Assembly: GCA_048013815.1 (NCBI GenBank)
Contig: CM106585.1
Location: 7,936,001 to 8,000,000 of the forward strand
Direction of reading: 5' to 3'
DNA length: 64,000 nt
Source of the DNA: Setoptus koraiensis
Lineage: Eukaryota; Animalia; Arthropoda
In this document: piece after piece, positions 22,213-36,913 of the stretch
Layout of the letters: each line of letters opens with the position of its first letter
Position numbering within the stretch: position 1 is the stretch's first letter
Notes under the pieces: generated by a model
Seen by the model: the letters and a program-made list of their open reading frames with translations, nothing else
Databases searched by the model: none
What the model was told of the DNA's origin: nothing
Translations under genes and position numbers: made by a program

Positions 22213-24619
22213 GGTGCCTAGGATTGAAGCATTAAAGTGACTGTTTTTGCACTTATTTAGCATACCAATGTTGATTGTATGTTGATTAATAATGCTGATT
22301 GGTGGCGCAATAGTTACAATTACGATGATGATAAATAAGAAGAAATAAAAAAATATGACGGCAATAAAAGAATTGCAACTTGTAAGATGTTGTAGTCAGC
22401 AAGGGTTGTCGTCAATTAATTAGTGAGCCTGGTGGGTGTGTGTTGATGAATGAATCGGTAATTTGTGGTAATTGTTGTTGATTGGCACAAGATAAGATGA
22501 GAATAGATGAGATGAAAAGATTTAATTGTCAGCGTTAGGAAATTTTGATTGATTGAGTCATTAATGTCATTCTGACACACACACACGCACACTTACACAC
22601 ATTGAGATCTTATTGATCTAAATGATTACTTACACCACAGAGAGAGAGAGAGAGAGAGAGTGTGTTTGCAATCTGCATGAACAAATAGCGAGAATAATCT
22701 ATTATGATGGTTGTTTGTTTGTTTTTTGTTGCTCTCTTGGTCCGATGACGACTGGCTGTGTTGTGCTCTTCCTGGTAAATTGTTCTTTCTTCTTATTCGA
22801 CTTTGTGACTTTAGCGTCAGTGTTGCCCAAACGATTGAGCAATCAACTCAACTCGATGTGTATGTGTGTGTATGTGTGCCACTTCCTACAATTGATAACT
22901 GGCCAGGGTTTTGTCTCAATCTGATAGGTATGTCGTTGTTTGGGTTTCTGTTGATACGATTGTTCGTCAATGTAATGCAATAATTGTTGTAATATTGTAA
23001 TGATGCAACTGACGTTGCGCGCCCAAACTCTCAGCAAACTCGTGTGTAGTGGCTGCTGCGAACGGATATTGGAATAAATGGATGAATGCTGTTAGTTGGC
23101 TTGTATCGTGCAAAATGCTTCGATCGAATGCGTGTGCGTGCTCAACAATGGTCGCCTCGATTGTGGCCACAATTTGATATAATAATGCGATAATTTTGTT
23201 TAGTTGCTCGTGTGAGTGTGTGTGTGTGTGTGTGCGTTGCTGTTGCCGCCCTAGGTGGGGGAATTTCGAACGGATAAACGCAAACACGGAGATAAATTAA
23301 TAACGCGTGGTGAGACACAATAAATAATAATGGCCAGTGAAGAATTTTGTGCCACTATCACTACTACCTCTACTCTATGCTACCACTACTGGTGTCGATT
23401 CGTCGAACAATATACTCGCGTACACACAGTATACACGTCGAACATCGTCGTCATCGTCGCCACACTCACAGATCATGGTGCTCGTTACGTTCGTCGTCTC
23501 GCCTTTCCCCCGCGCGCCTCTCCCCCCCCCTGCCCCTCTGGCGAATCTCAACGACACACACACACAATTGTAAAGTACACACACTCGGGCTGGTACAGTC
23601 TGGCAGTGCAGTGACTGCTGCAGTGTTTGCGCTTCTCCTGCGCTTCTCGTGTGTATGCGCGAACGAATGTGCGCGTCCCACTGCACACCCAACCATTACA
23701 ATAGCCAGCAGATACACACACGCACGCAGAGGAGGAGCCCGAATGCTAGATTGTATAGAACTTTCTCTCTCTCTCTCTCTCTCTCAATGCGCGCTGTTCT
23801 CTCCATGCCATGGAGTCCATGGTCAGCACACACACACAGGGGCATTAGAAAAATTCGAATTGTGAGCCGATTCAAAGCAACCGACACAATTGAGCGATGC
23901 CACCATTGCCACGAACCATTGAAACTGGCTGCTGACGCACCTTGGATTCTATGCGCGGCTTATGCTGCCAGGCTCACAGCATAGGCAAGCTTGGCCGTTG
24001 CTGCTGCCAGTTCTAATGTGATCTCTAGCACATAAACGCACGGCAACCGACAAACACACACACACACACGCACACACACACACACACACTCACACTTACT
24101 CACCATTGTCTATGGCGCGTTCAAACGTTGCTCCAAGACTCACTATCAATGGCATCGGCGCAGCCACTGCACTGATAGTGGCAGCAGACGGATTGTTCTT
24201 TGCAGCAACAAACGCGCAGAGAGAACAATTTTCGCGTTTGTTCTCTCGTTCGCCGTGCCGTGTGTGTGTGTGTGTGTGTACGCGAATAAACTGTGATTGA
24301 GACACACAAAGAGAATGGCCTACAAACATTACCGTGGGCCTTGTTGATTGCTGGCCATGGCCAATTGGCGCTCCATTCTGTGTCGCTCTCTCTCGCGCTC
24401 CCTCGCACTCCCTCTCTCGCTCCCCGGCAACCGACCGACTGACTGACTGACAAACAAATCACCTTCGTTGCCAGTTCCTTCCCCGTCATAATGCTACCAT
24501 GCCCTGCTCACGCTGTTGTCACTGCAACACCCGACGCAACAACGCCAACAACAACAACAGCGCCACACTCTCCGATAATCTAATTCAACTTTATGGGTGC
24601 CACTTCCTCTGCGCCACTG

Positions 24620-24661
<42 letters not shown>

Positions 24662-27527
24662 TAAATAGTTGCTGCAGTTACGTCAGCAGCTGCGTGCCCG
24701 TCCTGCTAGAATGTTTGTATGCGAAGCATCTCTCTCCCTCTCTCTTCCCGTCTCTCGGCCTCCTCTAGTTGCTGTGTCGGCCGTTTAGGTTCGCGCCCCA
24801 TTCGCTGGGGAACCGAGCCAACCCGAATATTCAGTGCATGAGTATGCGCACACATTGTGTGCAAAGATAATCGCGCGATGGCCCGCTTTTAACGGGCGCT
24901 TCATTGGCGCCATCATATGACACACAAGGTGTGTGGATGACGCAAGCTTCCTTGTTGTGCCTTACCCTGACTGACTGATCTATTTATGCTGGCAATTGAA
25001 TCAAGTGAGTGTGTGTGTGTGTGTGCTAATAACGCACGACATGATCGATATCAGTGCACTTGTCTGCTGCATCGCATCCGATGATAGCAATCATGGGATA
25101 ATCTCAATCATGCAGCGCACAAGTAAGCTTGTTGTGTAACCAAAGTATTTGTTGTTTCAGAGAAAAAAGCAAACATTACTCACTTGAGAGTTGATGTTGT
25201 GACATTAGATAGCTTTGGCCGATTTGTTGTTGCACTGCAGCGTTTAGCTTTTGCCTCATCGTGGTGCCATCTAGATGCTTTAGATTATTATCGATGATAA
25301 TATTAATAAAATGGCATTTGTCAGTCAACCGTTTATTACCGTACAACCATTGCATACAGAACAAAATGTGGTATGCACTGTGTGGTTGGTGTATTACGCA
25401 AAAATAGAACACAATCTGCATACGATTCGGCAACTTTACTCCTCTTTACCTGATCCACATGGAACTGCGCTCACCTGTGCTATCACGCCAGATTGTGTTG
25501 CTGTTTGCATGTATTCAGATTGCTTTTTGTTGTTGCTGCCATTACACAATGATAATTGTCTGTTTCTGTGTATAGTTCAACTCTTTCGGCATGTTGCAGC
25601 CATTGCTGCAAATCGTTGCAATGTTGTCGTTGCAGTTGCGTAATTCACCTGTGCTGGCGAATTCAAGGAAGCAACACACAATGACACACACACACACACA
25701 CACACAAAATGCCGAGCCTGTTCATGTTTGACTTTTTAGCAATGATGAGTCACACACTCTGGTTTGTATCGAGTGGCAGACACTAGTTGAGCGCTGGCGC
25801 TGCCGGCTCGGCCAATGGGCTCGCCATTATCAAATGATAATTTCTCTTTCATCAATGATTCACCACCGGAATGCTTGTCGCTTTCAATTGATTTCTGAGA
25901 ACATTTTTGGTTTGAGAAAAACAAAACAAAATAACATTTAGCACAACAGTTAACATTCTAAATATAGTTGACTTTCTAGCAAAAAATGTTTGCTATTTTC
26001 TTGCCAGTCTCAGACCAACTGACGACTCTCAATTGTCAGTTAGGTGTTACTTTCGTCAAAGTTGTTTGTTGTTGTTCACTTTGTGTGCGCATGTAATATT
26101 AATCGTTACCATATAGTTGGGATAATAATTATTATCAACGACCAGTCAGCAGCAAGCTACCAATTAGTTGACTGTGTGCGTTCGATTGGCTTATTCCACG
26201 CCATATCATAATTATCATCATGATCGTACCTGCATCAACCATTTAAGATGATGTAACTTTTAAATTTAGTAGATCTGTCTGGCTAGCAGACACACATAAT
26301 ATCAATTGGTGTTTCGTGTTCGTGTACAATACGTTACGTCACACAAACACACACACACACACAACAAGCCGTTTGAGGCTGCCGGATCGACACATGGCAT
26401 CGCATTATAGTTATTTTATGCATACGATGAAACAGGCAAACAGGAATGTGCCGTATGTAAACTGTTGTGAGCCCAACTCAGCTGAAAATAAATAAATGAG
26501 GACATTTGCCTCTTGGCAGCCAGGTGAGATGCGACTTACACGGATTGTCAATTCAGTTTCAATGGGCTGTACATGCTCATTAGGATGCGACTCGCAATGA
26601 GCGGCCATGAGTCTGCCATAAGTCATTGAATTTCCTCTAGACTCTAGAGTGTAGACGTACTGCCAGTTGCGGCCGTCGTGTTGGCTGCCGGCAAGTGACG
26701 GCAAGTGCACATGCTGCTCAGCACACACAACAAAAGCAAACACACATTGCTTGACATGCAATGTCCTTGGTCACCTGTACCCTGCTCACCTGTCCAGTGC
26801 TCGCCAAGGCTTGTCCGCAATTGTTGTTGTGTGTCTGCGGGTCATTGTTGAATGTCGCTTTCTTGACCGCATCCCATGATAGCAATAGGCCAATAGTATG
26901 CCAGACCACCTCTAAAGGCCAATGAAATCTATCTCTTGCGAGAGCACCGCTTCTGGTGTGCAGTGCTCATACGATTCGAGCAGGCCAGCTTCGAATTAAA
27001 TCAAAAAGTGCACACTGAAACACAACTCGCTCTGTTTATCTGGTCGCATCTGGTCCGGCCGACCGGCGTACGGCGTGGCCGTCGCTCGAGAATATGACAT
27101 TTTATTAGAATTCGAAGCGGCGCACACACATGCGACAAACATCAACTTATATTCTTTTGTTATTTTCCGCTGTTCGCTCTTGATGCCTTTGCAATGCCTC
27201 AATGAATGTCGCCTTCATTCATGGCGGACACAACACAAAGAAACGGGCAGCCGAAAGAATGCAGCAACGAAATAATGAAAGAACCAAAATCCCACGTTAT
27301 GCGCCTCCACTATTTTGCGCTGTAACAGGTGGAGGTGGCCAATCTGAGATCACGGCCTCATTGTTATTAGAGGCTGGTTGTGTTAATTGCACACTCTGTA
27401 TGTTTCAATAAATACAGTTTCGTCTTGTCGGACACATGCCAAAGTTTACTAAACATGGACATGGGGCGGCTAATGCAGGCGGTTGCAGCAGCAGCAACAT
27501 AGCACAAAACAAAACAGTTGATTTATA

Positions 27528-27558
<31 letters not shown>

Positions 27559-30500
27559 GTATGCTAATAATGCAATCAATAGGCCGGTCATCGTCAGCAA
27601 GATTGATAATAATCGTGCTCATCAATGATAGAAATCAAATTGAGTTTAGACAAACCAGACGAGACAAGCCGACAGTGTAACAAGTGCAATAGGTGGATGG
27701 ATTATTACATAGGCGAGCCACATCAACTGTCTTCTTTTGTATGTATGCATATGAAGTGAATTCGGCTATTCATTCATTTATTTGGCAACTGTAATCACGT
27801 TTACTAACAACAATCAAATACAATAAATCAGATCACGCAGAGTGAGAGAGAAAGAGGCTTAAGCGGTCTAGACACTAAATGAATGCTGCGGCTTTATGCT
27901 GATTGCATTAGTTGTTGCTGTCAGTCATTTTTACTATCTCATCGGAATCGCCATAATGGTACTACGCTCCATGTAAACTACAACACAACCAATATGCCCA
28001 TACATGTTGTATACATGCGGCAATAGAAACATTTTACAAATTGTTATTGTTTGATTGCTGTTCATCTTTATCCGCATCATAAACATCAGCATAATCAATG
28101 TTATTTGAGACGACAACGACGGCGCGATCATCAGCCACATTGATATGATCTAGTGCCTAGGCAAAATGTAGATGTTACATCAACAACAACATCGAGCAGG
28201 GCCAAAAATTGCACATTCGACCAAATCACATTCAGAGTGCACTAAAAATACAATTTGCTGACTAAACCAACAAGTCAAAGTCGGCAAAAGAATCCATAAT
28301 AATAGATGACACGCAGAGCTTTGTGCTCTTGCTACAAAATGCCCAACTCAAAGTATTGACCATCCGCCAAGAATTGTGTATTTCTATGTATTGATCTACA
28401 ATTCTATTCGAATGTTCACACACATACGGACATGTCCATCTAACTCATTACATTTATCAAGTATGAAGTTGTAACAACGACAACACCGCTAATGTTAGAA
28501 GGCAGCAAATTGAACTATTGACCGCTTTTAATTTCAACTTCAATTATACTCATTCGGCCGGATAAATAAATAAATATATATATATATATATACTCCTTTT
28601 ACTGTTGCGATTTGAGTTTCAACAACACGAGACAGATCAGTCAAATATAAAGAACAGGTTGTTGATGTTGAATAACTTGCATTCTGGATGCAAGTCTAAT
28701 GATGAAGCAGCAACATACAATAACAAAATACCTTTTCGGGAAGATTCCTTGTGGCCAATCTGCCAATCTGATCATGTTGAACTAAATAAGAACGGAAGCA
28801 CTGAAGCCACTTTGTCATAATTGATCGATGAGCATTTTGATGATTACTATGATACACATTTTCTATATCAACTATAATAGTTTGAAAGTACTATTATGTT
28901 ATACTACTAACATTATGTAACAGTACACAGTTTTGTAGAGCTAGCTAGTACAGTGGGCAGCTCATACTAGCCATTCACTGGTCTATTCTACAGGCATTGA
29001 CATTGACCTTCGAGCAGCAGAGGCAAATGAGGCTACAGCTTGTAGGAACGTCGTCGTTGAATCAACAATAACACGAACATCTATGATGGCTTCAATTCTA
29101 TGTCTGCTGAGATGATCCCTCATGATGACTGTTGAACACATATTAATAGCAGTGTACTGGTAAAGTAGTTGGATTATTCTTTTCATAGTGCCACAATGAT
29201 AATTATCTATCATCATTATCACTATTACTACTGCGAGACATTTCGGGCGAGGTATTTACGAAAGGGTAATTGACAGAGAGAAGTGATTTACATTTCCATC
29301 TCGACAGACTAATGATGATTAACCAGTCAAAATCCCAAGCCGGCTTATTTGCATATTGTATGCATATTATTTTTGGCAATACTAAAATCTAGCATTGCAA
29401 ATCTAGTGCATGCCCGCGTTGTATTGGTCATGTTTGAGATGCCATCTCAAGATGGATGAATGCATCGTGGTCCATCGAATATCGTTGAAATGAGCGACTA
29501 AACAGCACTTGACTAACTAAAGAGTAATGATACTTGACTATACTATCAATATCATTGGGTCGCAGCTCGCCAATTGACCAGTCAATTTTGATTTTGTTTC
29601 ACAAAAGCATCTTATCAGCTTGTGTGATCGCCACTTATGGTCCCATTGAGCTGCCTCGATGATTCATGAAGAGTAATTAATAAACTCGAGTTTTTGTTCT
29701 CTTACCTCAATCGAGGCTGCATCGAATCAATTCAGCTGACTTTATACATGTAATAGTGATTTTGTTCGCATGCATCATCGACAGTTTTTCACAATCAATG
29801 GTCACTATCAATAGACTTACTTGTAATACAATGTCCGCGCAGAGAACAAAAAGCAAGTTTCAATCGTTTCCTCTCCAGGTCAATTAGTCTATTTATTCAT
29901 GTATGTGTAATAACAGTATTTCCATCTATTCTATTCTATGAATTGTTGGAATGTTGCAACAACAAATGTTGCTGCAATGGCGAGCGAGTGATAGAAAATG
30001 AACTGACATTTTCACACACACACACTTACATGGATATTTATATGTACTGATCGATTGAATAGAATGGTCAGAATTGTTGTTGCATTCTTCTACTTGACCC
30101 CGGCACCGGTGCCACTATGCCACTAGTGGCACTATTTTTACTATTGCCACTCAATTATTGAATTGGAATTAGAATGGATCTTGTTGTTGGTGGTTCGGTC
30201 TTTGTAACAAAATATGGATGCAGTCGCTGAGACAACAACGGCAACAGCAACAGCAACCGCATCTGTGTTGTTGTTGTCTCAACATGGAGATCTGTCTATG
30301 GCGTGAAGATGCTAGTTGAGTATGATCGACATTGATTAAGAATCGAAGAAAAATTGTATCGAGGCATTACTTAATCTAACAGTTGGTGGTCTGACGTTTT
30401 GTGCTATTGTACGTAGATGTCCGTCTTGATATCATAGGCGAACAGGGCCAAAACGGACACAGCGGCAGCGGCAGCGCTAGCAGCAGCCTGGCCGATCTAG

Positions 30501-33500
30501 ATCTGTGTCTCGGTGAACATTAAAATGTGCACATTTTAATAAGAAAATAGTCGGCCATCGTGCCCATATCTTTTCTCATCTTTTTATCTCATGCCATCTC
30601 ATACATGTTTCGTATCATCATGCATGTTAGTCATGTAACATACAAGTTGTACAACAACAACAAATAAGAATCACTTTGTTACTTTTATCTGCTCAAATCT
30701 TGTTGTTGCCAGTCATCGCAATAAGTATCTAGCTATAGGCAAGTTGTGTGAGCATGATACAAAATTAGATTGAGAGGCGTGATATTCAACTTGAAATCGC
30801 TTGAAATTACTTTTATCTAAACCGGCTGTCTTGATTTGACGCAACAAAATGATATACATTGTTTCACACTGAGAATTTATAATCTGCTTCGTTTCGTCAC
30901 GTAGTCGTCAACACAACAATTATAAGCTAGCAACAAGTTGCAAGAGAGGAAACGCAGCTTAACCTGTGTGTGTGTGTCTCGTAAACTTGTATTCGAACCT
31001 ATTCCCATCGCTATTTGTGTCGGCATGAGCTGGCATGGGCATAAATCAGACGACAAAATGGGTGACAGTTATTGATACCGTCCTGCAATGCACAAAATGC
31101 TGCATTGCTGCAACCACTGTCACTACTGACGCTGTCGTATTAATTAGCAACATCCAGAAGGTGTCTAGAAGCAATGACAACAACGGTAGCTGTTCGGTGA
31201 AGGCATCACACGGTTGCTTACGACATGCCAGTAGTGATATAACTGGCACGTCGCAACTAATGAGCTCACAGCAGATGTTGGCTTGGCTTGGCTCACAAGT
31301 GAATGAATGAGTTTAGGTCTATAAACAAACGATACAAACACCATGTAAATCATATCAACAACAACATATAGATACCATCAGACTGTGCTTGCTGATCATA
31401 GTGACTAGCAACTTCTGCCACTTCTGTTGCTGCCGCTCACATAATGTGCAAGATTTATTTATTCCTTGATTAAGATGAATGCTTGTTCGCGCATTAATCG
31501 CACTGTTCATTATCAGCCATAATCAAATGACCGTCTAATGGGAAAAGAGTCAGTCAATTAGATTGTGTACAGTAGATAAGTGGCTATATCATGTTTGCTA
31601 TTTCTGCCAACAACGACAACACTCTATGAACTTCATAGTATGAAGTAGTACGCAAAGTATCTCATGAGAGACACGCCGGCACTCACGGCAAATACAGTAA
31701 TGATTCATGCAGTATAATTCATGCAACAGCCAGCCATGCAGGCGTTGCAATGTATGAAAATTGATAATGAGATGAAATGGTGAGCCCCAACCTAATAAGT
31801 AGCTGATGCAAAATAAGACATTTGTGACAATTTGTAATTTGCCTACCATAGCAGCGAATGCTTGCAAAAGGAAAACTTTCATCATTAGACGATGATACTC
31901 TGATAAGATTCGTGATATTATTATAGTGTCTCATTAATATTACTGTTACCACTGCTATTACCACTGCTATTTCATGGGGGACCTCTGTGCGCATACAGTT
32001 TATGCAGCACTGTTATACAACATATATGTTGTATAACATACATTGGTCAACATAATTGTATGAGATTCGACTAAGGTCTACGTATCAATGAGCGACATTG
32101 GCCACAAGATCTCTTGCCGCTTGGAGTGGGCATGCGAGCATTTTGTTGATTTATCCACAAAGTGCACTGGCTAGTTGAATTAAATCTCAATTGGCCACAT
32201 CAAGTTTAATTCAATGCCGCGCTGTTGCATATTGTATTAAATAATGATTATCTGACTTGTATCAGAGTGTGTATGTGTGTGTCGTAAATCAATCTGCACA
32301 ATGTTGCTGCCGCTTGCTGACAAACGCCCGCATGATGATGTAATAGCCGTATAGCGATAATAAGAAACAGATAATGATTTATGTCTCTGTTGCCTGCTGG
32401 CTGGCTGGTTGGTCGGTTGGTTGGCTGGCTGCAAGTGCAACGCACTCGGCCACATAATCCACACAAGTTGGCCTTAGATAGTTGGCCATAAAATTAATCT
32501 TGATATTATCTGACAGAGAGGCCACGCAAACTGGCAAAAAATAAACAAATGTGAGTGTGCCTAAAGCAATCTCATCACTTAATTAACTATTTACAGCACT
32601 ACTGTACACACAGTGGTGCACAGTCAGCGACCAGTCATTAGAGTGATTAATTGGTTGCCATTTCAGCTGGTCAGTCAAGTAAGACACGCTTAAATGCTGA
32701 AATAATAAATATTGAATTCACTACTTACCTAGTGGCTTTGCGTCGCTGTGTGACGTATTGGATATTGTTGCGCACTGACGTAATAGAGTTGATTGCTGGC
32801 ATAAGTTACGGAATTAACTGTACTTTGTGCTGTCGAAACGGTAACTCGACCTGTTGTAAATATTGCCAATTCCGTGTATTAATTACTCAATGAGCTGCCA
32901 CCAGACACACGCTCGCTTGTTGCTGTTTGCTCCAATCAACAATTTCCAATCTGATTTCTGATCTAATTTCTCTTTCTGATCTGACTTGTGATCTGACTTG
33001 TGGCTTGCAACTTGTTACCATATAATAATAAAATTGATTATCATGTGAAATTTTGTATTGATCAACGTGTATCGACGTGACTGATGTGATTATTTGTTTT
33101 TGTTGTTTGTTTGATTGGCGCTGCTTTGAAACCAACGGGCGCCAACTGAATATCGTTTTGTTTTATTGTTGGCCGGTGCCAAATTGTTGTTGACAATTCG
33201 ATCGGATGCGATGAGATTTGGCTTGATTTGATTCACTGAACTGAACTGAATTGAACTGATTGGATCTCTTTGGATTGAGCTGATTGGAATTGAATTAATT
33301 ACTGACGGAAATTGCATCAACTAAACGAACGCAAACAAGCCAACTGATTCGCCGCTGTTGCTGCTGCTGCTGCTGTGAATTCTATCGAACAATCGAATGA
33401 AAATGAGCGAGAGCCGATGAAAAAGTTCGATCCGGTCTCACCATGTGTGTAAGCTGCTACCCTCTCAATGTGCGTGTGTGTGTGAGTCGTCGTTCTGCAC

Positions 33501-33796
33501 ACTCCACAACTGCCAGAGAATCTACGCCAACTGCACAGAGAATGCTGCTGCGCACAGTCGTTCATTCTCTTGCCCAATATTACAGCCAGTAGAACTTTGC
33601 TGGTTTCCGTTTGTGTCGCGCCCACCTCCCGTGCCGACCCCCTCGCTGCCCCAATTGATGCTCCCGTCCCCTTTCCCCCTTTGCAAGCGAATCGAACGCA
33701 TTGAACGTTCGGCCGCCATTCGGCACGGCGGTTGCGATGGGGGCGGCGCGCGGGGCGAGCAACCGGCTCGCCGAGAGAATTGATTTTTTAAGTGAG

Positions 33797-33834
<38 letters not shown>

Positions 33835-35363
33835 TGTGACACACACAGGCGAGCGAGCGAGTAATGGTTTTGCTGGCTCCATTTACTCTCCCTATATTGT
33901 CAGTGTGGCATTAGTGCATGTCATGCAGCGGTGCGCCCATCAAGGCTAGTGTCTGTACCTGGCAATGTTAGATCACATGCTCGCTACCTGCGCCGGTCCT
34001 ATGCCGTGTGCGCGCCGCACAAAACTGTGCCGCGCCCAACACAAAAACGGCAAGTTTCCAGCAAACTTTTATTGTACGCAAGTTGTACGCAAACATAAAA
34101 TTGAGCGCGCTGTGCGGCACGCTTGTGCACAACCGACTTGTACAGGCGCGTACAGGCGCGTAACGAGCCGCAAGATATCGGACAACTTTTGGCACACTTT
34201 TGCCTCGGCTCACTCGGCCACTGCAAGCGCCCCCTTAAGAAGTGTTTCGAAATTAAAAGAAGCAGTTAACTCACAGCCGGTCGCCGCCGTTACGTAAGAG
34301 CCCACCCGTCCAATAACTTGTCTCACATAGGTTATGTATGCCTTGTACTTGAAACGAAAACGGCACGACATTCGGCCGAAGGTGATTAGTTGTTGCCGTT
34401 GTTGGCGCTGTTGGCGCTGTTGAGAGCGAACGAGATCGGGCGACAATGAAAGTTGTCGCCAGTCTGTTTGCCTGTTGTGCTGTCGCTGGCATTGCAGCCT
34501 GGCAACGTTGGCCAATGAATTGGCCTCCCTCTGCCAAATTGCCACTTCCTGTCTGTGCGAGGCGGCCAATTGGCGTTTGTTTCTGGCGACTCGCGAGCAG
34601 CGCAACATTGCACACGTTCGACCTTCAACAAGCAGCGGCAACCGTTGTGTTAGTTACGCAATATTAGGCGCGGTCGGCGGTTGGCAACTTCATTGGGTGT
34701 CGTTGGGACAACGTGCGCGACACATTTTTTCCAAACCGTTTCATTGAACGGCTCGCACCGAAACCCGGGGGCGCCACTGGCCGCTGGCAATCGCTGGTCG
34801 CTACGAACCGGGCCGACAAGCAACGGGTCGGCTGCCAGCCGGCCGCACGTATGGCCGAGGTTGGGTGTTCATGTTATATTCATGTTGTCATGTTAGAATG
34901 GTGCGGCCATATTGGTACGTGCGTTGTTGTTGGCGGCGCAGTTGCTGTTGTTGTTGCTGTTGTTGTTGCTGCTGTTGCTGGCGCTGGTGTGGTCGCCGTG
35001 GTGGCAGTTGCAACGGCGAAATTTGCGTGCATTTGTCGTGTGTTGTCATTGACTCGCGGGCCGCAAGCGTCGGTCACCCGCTTGACGCGCAACTCGCGAA
35101 ACAAGTGCGGCCACGATAAAACCGTCATGTCATGTGTCTGTGTGTCATCTAACAAGATAACGATCGCGCGATTGTTGTTCAGTTGTTCTGACAGCGCCAA
35201 TATCCACTGAATAGGCCACTAAATATACAACACACACAAATGCGGCACACGCCAGTTGAACTGCTCGAACACGGCCGAAACGGCCAATAGCGACTGTTGT
35301 CAGAGATTGTCAGAGATTGATCAAAATGGGCAACATTGAACCAGCGCACAGTTATAATTGGCC

Positions 35364-35366
<3 letters not shown>

Positions 35367-35402
<36 letters not shown>
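35367..35402 (+). repeat. (GT)n microsatellite; similar (CA)n tracts at about 24055-24090, 24628-24657, 33797-33832
   Basis: Seen directly. Confidence 0.95.
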
Positions 35403-35404
<2 letters not shown>

Positions 35405-35786
35405 CGATGAATTAGCGCTGGCAAGCGCGTTGCGCCAACGCAAATAAAGTCACAAACTGACCAAAACGGCGCTTCTGTTGCCGTTGGCCGGCCGACACAT
35501 CGACTGGCCAAGATGACAGGCCAACAAAACGTTTTGACAGGCAACACGAACACCAATGTCGTCACTGACAGCGACTTACTGTCAGTGACTCCGGGGCTGC
35601 CGACACTGTTGATTCGCGCATTTGCCCATCGTCGTCGTGTACGCCTATCCATTCGGCTGTCACTGGCTGGCTGGCTGGCTGGCAGCGAACACACATGCTG
35701 TTGGCAAGGAAACGCCGAAACGTTTTATGCGTTTTGCTGCCACTCGATGCTGTTGTCGGTGTGTTGGCGGCCCGCAGCCAACTGCT

Positions 35787-35870
35787 TGCCGTTGTCGTTG
35801 TTGCCGTTGTCGTTGTTGCCGTTGTCGTTGTTGCCGTTGTCGTTGTTGTCGCTGTCGTTGTTGTGGTTGC
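35787..35870 (+). repeat. 15-bp unit (gccgttgtcgttgtt) / GTT-type tract
   Basis: Seen directly. Confidence 0.9.
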
Positions 35871-36845
35871 GTCAGCGTCGCAACGACGACGATGCGAGTG
35901 CAAGGGGCAGGCATGTTTTATTGTCCCGTCCGTTGCCATGCCGCCGGCCGCCAAAACAATCTTGGCTTTGGCATAATGTGCTGGCCACTGCTGCAGCTCG
36001 CGAGCTGCCAGTCACACGACCCACCGATGGCTCGATTGCGGGCTAACGCCCGACTGGCAGCGCATTGTCGCGGCCCGCAAGCCGCCGATGGGCGACCGGG
36101 CAAGCGCCCGTCGGTTGTCACTCGACTTGGCGCTCGCATGATGCGCGCTGTGCAGAGTTGTGCAATTGCACGCGCGCAAGCACCAATTGAGTGCTGCTCG
36201 TGCGCGCGCTGTCAATTGTGTTACGCCAACACATCGTGCGCCGCCGGTCAGCTGTGAGTGCCATTTGTTATCAGCTGACCATTTGTTGTGATCGTTATCA
36301 CGATGCCCACTGTCCAGCGGCCGTCGTCGTGGCCAGCTGACAGTGGCACCGACTTGTCAAACATAGAACCGCCGGCTGACGGCCGATGGGCCGGTGGGCC
36401 GATGGGCGTTCTGCGACAGTCAGTGCGACGGTCAGCGCATTACGACGCTCGGCTCACAGGCACAACAGGTGAGCCGAGCGGCGCTGGCAGTAGCTGGCTT
36501 GTTGCTTCTGCTGGCGCCGTCGTCCGACCATCGGCCGTCCCGATTGTGTGACTTGTGTGCGGGGCCAGAGCGATGGGCACAATGAGCACGACGAGCGCAG
36601 CCACAAGACGCAGCCACAAGACGCGGCCGGCAAGACTCGTCCAGCAAGACGAGGCCAATAAAAATAAACACAAGCTGCGCTAATCCCTGTGTGAGCAACG
36701 ACGGCAGCGCCAAAGTGAGTTATTGTTGTTCGATGGTCGGCAAATTCACGACACACTGCGAGATGACGCTGCCAACAAGCGCTGGCTACACGCCCCCAAT
36801 CTCTGGATGAGCGGCTCTGCGGATAAGCGGCTGCCCGAGCTCGCT

Positions 36846-36913
36846 CGCTTGCCCGGCGCTCACCCGACGATCCGCTTGCCCGGCGCTTACCCGACGATCC
36901 GCTTGCCCGGCGC
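36846..36913 (+). repeat. 27-bp tandem repeat x2.5 (cgcttgcccggcgctcacccgacgatc)
   Basis: Seen directly; one mismatch between full units. Confidence 0.95.

Noticed and set aside
28983-29222. DHLSRHRIEAIIDV resembling a dual-specificity phosphatase strand
   Set aside because: No HCxxGxxR catalytic motif found nearby.
30395-30500. Minus-strand IGQAAASAAAAVSVLALFAYDIKTDIY, faintly like TMBIM or SH3 motifs
   Set aside because: Too short, bounded by stops, no supporting neighbouring exons.
30985-31005. GGTTCGAAT (tRNA T-loop-like) on the minus strand; also U1-like TTACCTGG at about 11680
   Set aside because: No cloverleaf, A-box or further snRNA similarity.
33950-34300. Distinct-composition block that might be a MITE, compared with 2500-2760
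   Set aside because: No terminal inverted repeats or target-site duplication found; only 8-9 bp words shared.
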